Assembly: GCF_009914755.1 (NCBI RefSeq)
Contig: NC_060926.1
Reading direction: 5' to 3' (one strand)
DNA from: the human T2T-CHM13v2.0 reference genome, Homo sapiens
Length of the DNA: 64,000 nucleotides
The notes under the pieces are model-generated. The model made no database searches. It was not told the origin of the DNA and worked only from the letters and a program-made list of their open reading frames with translations. Both the position numbers and the translations under genes were made by a program. The first letter of the stretch is position 1. Each line of letters starts with the position of its first letter. Positions 26,401 to 64,000 of this stretch are shown here, one piece after another.

Positions 26401-27008
26401 ATCACCACGGCTTTTTAACCTTCTTTAAAATCTGATAAAATCTCTCAGGAAAATGTTCTTATCTGTACACAAAATACTGTGCATTGAGCTGAAGCCGCTG
26501 CATGGGCCTGTCCCAGCTACAAATCCCTGTTCTACCCCGACCCTAAGCGTGCCTGCTCTGGCCGCAGCCTATGGATTTAGTGCGTCCCTTAGGCTTCTTC
26601 AGACCTATGAGGAATTCCAGGTCCTGACCCTCACAGTACAGTCGACAATCATCTTTCTTTAACAACACAGCCAGAACACCTTCAGGGATGCAGACAACCT
26701 CATCTGGGACCTAAGCATCCGGGAGAGTGGGGATGAGGAAATGGAGGAAGAACACCCTTGGGGCTCATTCTGGACCAGTTTGCCAGGCTTTTCTCCCCAT
26801 GCCTATCTTCCAGTGCCACTCAGGAGAATCATATCTTCACATCAGTTTTTATGTTTTTCTTTTTCTTTTCTTTTCTTTTTTTAAAAATAAAGATGGCATG
26901 CCTGTAATCCCAGCACTTTGGGAGGCTGAGGCGGGCGGATAACCTGAGGTCGGGAGTTCGAGACCAGCCTGGCCAACATGGTGAAACCCTGTCTCTACTA
27001 AAAATTTA

Positions 27009-27206
<198 letters not shown>

Positions 27207-27936
27207 CTATGTTACCCAGGCTGGTCTTGAACTTCTAGGCTCAAGCAATCCTCCTGCCTCGGTCTCCTACAGTGTTGAGATTACAGGTGTGAGCCATTGT
27301 TCCAAAAATTGATATACTTGGCCTCACATCAATTTTTGGAACAATGCAGGTAATAATGAGGGGGAAAAAATTTTAAAAGTCCCAATTACCCTTTAAACAA
27401 ATATTACCTCCTCCAAAAAATATTTTTCTAGATTCCTGAATGTATTTTTTGGTGGAGGAGGAACTCAAAGTAGAATTCATTTACATATTCATTCATTCAT
27501 TCCACAGCACTAATCACTCCATGCAGTAACTGTGTGTCCCCGTCCCTCTCAGACTTAGTACCTGGAAGACAGCCAACCTGTCTTAATTCTATTGGTATCC
27601 CCAGGGCGCATTTCTTTGCCTTGAAAATTGAGTACCCAATAAATGTGCGTCGAGCAGAACTACACGAGATGGAGAACAGGGGTTTAGGGGTATGGGGGAG
27701 AGTCAGCAATTACTGGTGTCCTCCCTCCCTCCCCCAGCTCTGCTCCTACAGATCCAGGACGCCTAGCGAGGGTAGGAACCTCTTCTGTGCTTCCGCAACG
27801 GTCTGAACTGCACGGCACTGAGCGCATCTAATTAAAGTGATGGTTTCATTAGATAGCAACACAGCGAGACCCCGTTTCTACAAAAAATAAAAATAAAAAA
27901 TAAAAGATTAGCTGGGCGTGGTTGCTCGCGCCTCTA

Positions 27937-28161
<225 letters not shown>

Positions 28162-28540
28162 TTACTACAGATTAGATGCTAAATAAATGTCTATTGGACG
28201 GATGCGCGAATGAATGTATGGATGGAGGATGTGGTTGTGCTTACCACGCTCCCTGGTCAGTGGGTTAATGTCGTCAGGCGGGGCCAGGCTCGCTAACAGC
28301 CGGGCGGGGTCCCTTCCCCCGGGCCCCGCCCCGGCCGACCCCACCTTTCCGCGCGGCTCCGCCCCGCCGCCCCCTTGCCAGTGGCCCCTCCCCGCGCAGG
28401 TCCCGACTCCAGCCGCACCTCCTCCGGCTCTGCAGTGGCGGCGAGGAGGCGAGCCGGAGCGACGGCGGGGCTGGGGCTGGAGCCGAGCCGGGGTCGGGCA
28501 GCAGCAGGGACCCCCCAGAGGCGGGGCCTGTGGGACCGCT

Positions 28541-41877
<13,337 letters not shown>

Positions 41878-42342
41878 AGGCAGGAAGGAACTCAAGGTGG
41901 CTGGAGATGGCTGCTGCTCACCCTCCTAGCCTGCTCTGCCACTGGGACGGCTCCTGCTTTTGGGGCTCTTGATCAGTGTGCTAACCTCACTGCCTCATGG
42001 CATCATCCATTCTCTCTGCCCAAGTTGCTCTGTATGTGTTCGTCAGTGTTCATGCGAATTCTTGCTTGAGGAAACTTCGGTTGCAGATTGAAGCATTTCA
42101 GGTTGTGCATTTTGTGTGATGCATGTAGTAGCCTTTCCTGATGACAGAACACAGATCTCTTGTTCGCACAATCTACACTGCCTTACCTTCACTTAAACCA
42201 CACACACAAGGTGCTCAGACATGAAATGTACATGGCGTACCGTACACAGAGGGACTTGAGCCAGTTACCTTTGCTGTCACTTTCTCTCTTATAAATTCTG
42301 TTAGCTGCTCACTTAAACAATGTCCTCTTTGAGAAAATGTAA

Positions 42343-42348
42343 AATAAA
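42343..42348 (+). terminator. FKBP1B: FKBP1B poly(A) signal
   Basis: AATAAA about 470 nt after the stop. Confidence 0.8.
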
Positions 42349-43302
42349 GGCTCTGTGCTTGACAAACTCCTGTCCATCCTTATTTTAGGTAGGAAGTGCT
42401 CTAAGGACCACACAAGCCAGGTGCCCTTGGGAAAGAGTGGAAAGAAAGGAGGGTTCCAAGTGGCTAGGTGAGTGATAAATATAATAGCTACAATGTGAGC
42501 ATTTTACATGCTGGGCCTTGTTCTACATACTTTTTTATTTTATTTATTTATTTATTTATTTGAGATGGAGTCTCGCTCTGTCACTCAGGCTGGAATGCAG
42601 TGGCACAATCTTGGCTCACTGCAACCTCCGCCTCCTGGGTTCAAACGATTGTCATGCTCACCAGCACGCCTGGCTAATTTTTGTATTTTTAGTAGAGACA
42701 GGGTTTTGTCATATTGGCCAGGCTGGTCTCAAAACTCCTGACCTCAACTGATCTACCTGCCTTGGCCTCTCAAAGTGATGGGATTACAGGTGTGAGCCAC
42801 TGTGCCTGGCTATATACTTTTAAATTATTACCATTGATCCTCTAAGCAACCCTGCACAGTAGATATTACCTGCCGCTCATCTCAGGCTCAGAATCCTCCT
42901 CTGCATAACTAAAGAAATATAGGCTCCAAATCTTGTAGCCTAGCAATCAGATGTGGGACTTGAGCACCTTATGTGCTCTTGCAATCTTTGTTTGGACTAC
43001 AGCCAGAGGGATGAGCTCCACTCACCCAGATGGATACAGAACACTTTTTGTGTCTAAACAAATGAAGGTGTGTTAAGGGCTTGAAGTCGTACACTAACTC
43101 ACATTGGGAAGTTCCTTGTGAAAAGAGTGTGTGATTCTGAGCTTGTTTTCACATACACTGCTTAGTTTCACCTAGATTTGTTCTGACTTACATTGAGGAA
43201 TTACTTTTGAGAAGAATGTATGATTCTGAACTTGTTTCCACATATAGTGCTTATTTCATCAACATTTATTGTAACTAACCAGAAACACCAGTTAGGTTTT
43301 AA

Positions 43303-43581
<279 letters not shown>

Positions 43582-46289
43582 TAGCCAGGATGGTCTCAAT
43601 CTCCTGACCTTATGATCCGCCTGCCTCGGCCTCCCAAAATGCTAGCATTACAGGTGTGAGCCATCACGCCCAGCCTCAAACATTTTTCTTTCAGTTGGTA
43701 TAGGATGAGAAAAACTCCTGGCCATAGTTGGGGTTATTCTTTTTTTTTTTTAATCATTTATTTATTATTTTTAAAAAATAGAGATGGGGGAATCTCACTA
43801 TGTTGCCCAGGCTGGTCTCAAACTCCTGGCCTCAAGCTATCTTCTCTCAGCCTCCCAAAGTGTTGGGATTATGGGTTTAAATCACTGCACTCAGCCAATA
43901 CGGTTTTCTATCAGTGACGACTTCGAATTGTTTCAAGATTGAGGACGGAGGGGCTGATAACAGGTACTGTTAGTGTTCCTCATAGACCCACTGATACATG
44001 TCACATGATGTCATATATATGCTATGAGGCCATGTCATCTTGGCTACATGATCTACCTTTTTTGTCTCCAAGAAATCCTGGCTGTATTCCTTTGCTGAGG
44101 GTGGAGGAGCTAATGAAGAAGCAGTGCTTTAGGATGGAGAAAACGAGAGAAAGGAACTGCCTTGCATTTTAGTCACCAAAGTCCCTGTGCTCACCTCTAT
44201 TGTGAGACTAGACCAGCCAGAGGGTATTTCCTTCAGAATGTCTTGGTTCCTGGCTTTCTTTGATGACTCAAATGCCTACAATAATTTCTCAGAAGTCAGC
44301 CTGCATAAAAGACATACGCATATTTTCTGCTGTGACACCAATAAGATAACAAAAGATGGCATCAAGGACTATTTCAGGTGCCCACTATGGGGCATATAAA
44401 AGATATTGGTCTAGAGTATTTATAACTGAGGTGGGTCAAAGGAGACACCCACTAAAAGAACTCCCCCAAAGTGCAAACACATACTGGCTAGCACCTGGAG
44501 AGGACAGGTGAGGCTCTGCAGGTAAACGGGGAAATGAACCATTTTACTGGAGCTCTTAAAAGATGATGCAGAAAATCATGATGCAGTATACTAATGAGTC
44601 TGGACATTGGCCTATGAGAGCCACTAAAGCTGTTAAACAGAAGAGCAATAATAAGATCAAGGTCACATCAGTTGTTTTCAGACTTTCAGTCAATGAATTC
44701 TCTATTCCTACAAATTTTTTTCTTAGAAACTCAAAAATTTAACCCAGATGAAAGTAAAGCAGCTCTGGCACATGTGTGTGCACATATAAACACAGTCATC
44801 TGTTGCACTCTTAAAAGCATTTGAAAAATTGAGCTTTGGATGCCTTGCACAGAGGACCGATCATAATTATATCCTCAGCATCTTCGTACAGTACTGTGTG
44901 CAGAGTGGGAGTCAGTGTTTGTCCACTGAGTGCAAATTCTTGTAACTTAATTGCGACAGGATATGGAATTTCCAAACAATTAGAGGGAAGTTTTAAGTCT
45001 TAACTTTAGGTCATGAAATTCAGCTAACAGATATATCAATCCAAATGATGGACTGGTCATGACTGCTAATAGAAGGAATTTCTCCTTGTTATTAAAACAA
45101 CTACACCAGAGGCAAGCTAGCCTGCCACTTAGACAAATCACACTCTAAGTTTTAAAGTCTAATTTCAGTTTTTCTCTTACAAGAAAGTCTTTTAGAAAAT
45201 TCTTTTTACATTTCCTAAAGGCACACCATGCATTACAAAAACTAATAATGCATTCATAAAAGCATTCAAAAGAAAATTACAGCTGTAGCTCCTTTCTTAT
45301 CTTCCCACCCTTAGAAATGACTCTACTCTCTTACACTGCTTTCAAAAAACACTCAGATATAATTAAAAGCAGAATTGATGCTCTTTGTACATTGAAGTGA
45401 TTCAGTGTATGTACCTTCAAATTGATTTTAGGTTCCAATCACACACAAAACAATTAGTCCATGTTTTTCCATTTGGTCCATGCCTAAGCAATAAAAAGCA
45501 AATTACGGCTATATTCTCCCAAGCTGCCATGATGATGAATGGGGTAATAACCATACTGTTTCCATGTCATGGGAACTCATGATAATAAGAATGAGCATTA
45601 AGTATTTATGGCAAAGATATATTATGAGCTAAGGTCCAATATACCTACAGATACTTAATAACTAAAGGAAAAGTCTACATAAATACAATCTTAGACATGT
45701 AACAACCAACGCCACTACCCAAGCAGCTTGCTCTCAAATTTCTACCAATGTGACAATTATTATGTACCCATAATAATTAAAAAACAATTTAAAGAGGCAA
45801 ATCTAAGTTTCTAACAATGTACTATCATCTAAATGACCATTTCTATAATAGACCTCTGTTCTAAAGACAAGGGTACCCATATTGACACAGGTGTTTTGTT
45901 AACTATAAAGCAAGCATTATTCAAATGTAAAGGCTTGGTTAATAACTGGTTGTTATCACACCAGCTTTGTATGTTAGCATTTTATTCATTCAACCAACAT
46001 CATGAACTTTGGTTTCCTCACCTGCAAAATGCAAATACCTATCTTCACTGAGTTGTTATGAAGATTTCATTATTAATGGACATGCAATAAACAGCAAGTT
46101 CCTTTGATGGCTAAGCACTGCACCGGGCCCTGGAGGCATTAAGAATGTAAAGAGATCCTGTTCTCAAGAAACTCAGAATCCCTAGGAGCACCTACAATTC
46201 TTGATAAGCTTCAACTGTTTTTTCCTGGTATCAAACAGGAAGGGAAAGTTCAAGAGAAAAGACTGAGGTGTTTCACAAAAAGCTACAAG

Positions 46290-46295
46290 TTTATT
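46290..46295 (-). terminator. SF3B6: Probable SF3B6 poly(A) signal
   Basis: AATAAA on the minus strand about 150 nt after the stop. Confidence 0.7.
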
Positions 46296-46446
46296 AACAT
46301 AATGTATTCCAATATGTATCAAAGTTTCAAGCAGGTCATTTTGAACCTCAAATAAGAAATCACAATATTTAGTATTAATTAAAAAGGAAAAAAAGGTGGT
46401 AGTTGTCATTCGTGGGATTTAGTCCAAATGAAAATGTAGAAAACAT

Positions 46447-54908
<8,462 letters not shown>

Positions 54909-55249
54909 CTTGGCGGGCTGATGAAGTTACCGTAGCAGATACTGAAATTCCTCCGGAGCTCGCTCGGCTTCGGGGGTTACACCGCGTTAGATGCAGGACA
55001 TCAACATCCAGGACCCGCCGGAAGCTGTTACAGCGGAATAGCGCCGTCTTACGCTGAGACGCGCTGACGTAGCAGCCCCCTTCGAATAGACTCCGGGGTA
55101 AAACCGAGCCTGAGCGAGACTCGAGGCCGGAAGATGGAAAGGCGAGAGTCCAAGACACTTCCGGGCTCTGTACCGTAAAGGGCGGGGCGTAGCCTCCAAA
55201 AGGCGAGATGTTCCGGTCGGGGAGGCCCTGAGCAGAGGAACCCGGGTGG

Positions 55250-55850
55250 AGAGGGCGGGGCCTGAGGAGGGCGGAGAGCTGGGGCGGGTCTCAGGTGAGT
55301 AACTGGGGAGCGGAGGAGGCGGGGCTTGAGCAGGGTTATGACAGTAGGGCGGGACCCAGGTGAGTAGCGGGAGGGGGCGGGGCCTGAGGAGGGTGCGGAG
55401 AGCTGGGGTGGGGCCCAAGTGAGTATCCGGGAGGGAGCCGGGCCTGAGCAAGGCGGTGAGCTGGGGCGGGACCCAAGTGAGTAATGGGAAGGGGCGGGGC
55501 CTGAGGAGGGTGGTGGCGGTGGGGCGGGGCCCAGATGTGTAGCGGGAGGTGGTGGGGCCTGAGGAGGGTGGCGAGAGGTGGGGTGGGGCCCAGGTGAGTA
55601 GCGGGCGAAGGCGGGGCCTGAGGAGGACTGAGCTGGGGCGGGACCCAGGTGAGTAGCGGAAGGGATCGGGGCCTGAGGAGGGTGGTGGAGGTGCGGCGGG
55701 GCCCAGAAGTGTAGCAGGAGGTGGTTGGGGCTGAGGAAAGTGGTGGAGGTGGGGCGGGGCTCAGATGTGTAGCGGGAGGTGGTGGGGCCTGAGGAGGGCG
55801 GCGAGAGGTGGGGTGGGGCCCAGGTGAGTAGCGGGCAGGGCTGGGGCCTG
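55250..55850 (+). repeat. G-rich minisatellite, 10 units of about 58 bp
   Basis: Consensus GGGGCCTGAGGAGGGTGGYGGAGGTGGGGCGGGGCCCAGGTGAGTAGCGGGAGG. Confidence 0.92.
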
Positions 55851-56124
55851 CTGTGGTGCCCACTGGTTGCGGGGCGCGCGGGCAGGTGCCGGAGGTGGTG
55901 GGCCTGGGCCTCTAGCTGTGCGCAAGGCGGAATATGTGGGGTTCTGGCGGCTTGTGTCACGGCTGACGCTGTAACTATACCCAGAATCTCCGTCCCTGGA
56001 GGGGCCCTCAGGTTGAGCGTCAGCTGATCGGGCCTCAGTAGTCCCCGCTGCGACGCCCGTCCGGACTCCCACCTCAACCCCGCCGCGGCGGCCCCAGTCC
56101 GCGTGCCACCCTTCCAGTTCACTC

Positions 56125-56130
56125 TTTATT
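56125..56130 (-). terminator. TP53I3: TP53I3 poly(A) signal
   Basis: AATAAA on the minus strand about 130 nt after the stop. Confidence 0.85.
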
Positions 56131-56257
56131 TCCTCATATCAGCTTTAAACGGCTCTGGAGGAAGCACCGGGTTTCTTGGCCTGTCTATTGTGAATCTTCT
56201 CCAGGTTTGCTCTGGAAAGGCCTGGGGTGGCCGCGTCCTGTCCTGCCCCATCCTCCT

Positions 56258-63002
<6,745 letters not shown>

Positions 63003-63018
63003 ATTGTCTGAGGACACA

Positions 63019-63103
63019 GGGCAGGGCAGGGCAGGACAGGACAGGGCAGGGCAGGACAGGACAGGACAGGGCAGGGCAGGGCAGGGCAGGACAGGACAGG
63101 GCA
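63019..63103 (-). repeat. TP53I3: PIG3 (TGYCC)n pentanucleotide microsatellite, p53-responsive; 17 units
   Basis: 17 GGRCA units counted on +; function is established knowledge for PIG3. Confidence 0.97.
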
Positions 63104-63850
63104 GGGGCCGCTGTATCCTCGCGGAGCAGCCCAGCCTCAGGCTGGCACCGCAGCGCCCCCTGCCGGCCAGCGCCTCGCTGCCCTGGTCTGCCGCGGACCC
63201 GGCCTCCGCCCCGAGCTCCTGCCTGGGAAGTCCTCGGCCGCCTCCAGACCGATCCCACCCGGAACACAGATGGGAACGGCGGGAAGTGGGATGGCGGTAC
63301 AGGGCTGGATGCGGCAGAGCAGGACAACGCCGAAGAGGATCAGGCAAATCACACTCCCTCTGAGTTGGAAGCCCCCAGCCCGACCCGGGTCCCCGGCGCC
63401 CGTATGAGTTACTTACTCCTGGCCCGGCTCCCCTCCCATGCACCAGGCGGCGCCGAGTGGTTCTGGCTCCTGCGGGTCCCGGTGACAAAGCCCGAGCCCC
63501 AGAGCCCCAGGACTGCCTCTGCCTCCACCGGAATGGACGGCTGGACCTGGGGTAGCCGGAGGGGTGGGGCTAAGCAGAACCACCCTCCCCCTCTTTCCTT
63601 TCCTCCTTCCCCCTTTAAAACGCAAAGTTAGAAGCAAGCAAATCAGATTTTCTTGTCCTTTTAGCCTCTGGAAAAGAGTCTTTCTCTCAGCTTGACAGAA
63701 AGTGCGATTCTAGCTCTCACTTCAAGGAGAGGAAACTTCCTTCTCTCTAGGGAACGAGACCCAACCTCTTGGCGGGCGGATTGGTCCATTTTCCAGGCAT
63801 GGCCAGGCTTTTGGCACATTTATGTAACAGGCTGGCATCCCGCCCATCTT

Positions 63851-63870
63851 GAGCATGGGTGGGCAAGCTG
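63851..63870. promoter_or_regulatory. TP53I3: Classical p53 response element upstream of TP53I3
   Basis: GAGCATGGGT GGGCAAGCTG, two RRRCWWGYYY-like half sites with no spacer. Confidence 0.85.
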
Positions 63871-64000
63871 GGTGCTGCTAAGAGAAGAGAAAGGAGCCGT
63901 TGGGAGTGGGGGTGGGGAAGGAAGGCAAAACGCAGTCCTGGGACCCTTATCACTCGCCTCCTCCTGACAGTCCTGGGGGAGAGGTTCAGCCCCAGGAGAA

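Noticed and set aside
55250-55850. CRISPR-like reading of the periodic array
   Set aside because: Units are degenerate whole-unit copies with no unique spacers, there are no cas genes, and the context is human.
55049-56122. 357-aa and overlapping Pro-rich minus-strand ORFs
   Set aside because: They follow from a C-rich tandem repeat poor in stop codons; several frames are open at once and there is no recognisable domain.

Overview
Human genomic DNA (recognised from memory as the chr2p23.3 cluster), Alu-dense, with no prokaryotic-type system. Five protein-coding genes reconstruct exactly with GT-AG introns: MFSD2B (+, last 8 exons, 346-4154), WDCP/C2orf44 (-, 721 aa), FKBP1B/FKBP12.6 (+, 108 aa), SF3B6/p14 (-, 125 aa) and TP53I3/PIG3 (-, 332 aa). 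The probable 5' end of FAM228B (+) is divergent from SF3B6 and antisense to TP53I3. Also present: the p53-binding (TGYCC)n microsatellite (17 units here), a classical p53 element, a 10-unit GC-rich minisatellite, a U6 retrocopy, MER21- and MER34-like LTRs, a MER81 and L1/L2 relics. The most interesting unexplained structures are all RNA-processing hypotheses. (1) A duplicated and inverted branch-point cassette in SF3B6 intron 1 could toggle between the normal acceptor and a poison acceptor. (2) The PIG3 microsatellite doubles as an adenine-free pyrimidine tract of a 5'UTR intron. (3) WDCP exon 2 would be a stop-free ORF if circularised. (4) A tandem array of GC boxes and U1 sites lies between TP53I3 and SF3B6. 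(5) An in-frame TP53I3-SF3B6 read-through junction is possible. None of these is experimentally shown here. Repeat boundaries and subfamily names are by eye and approximate.
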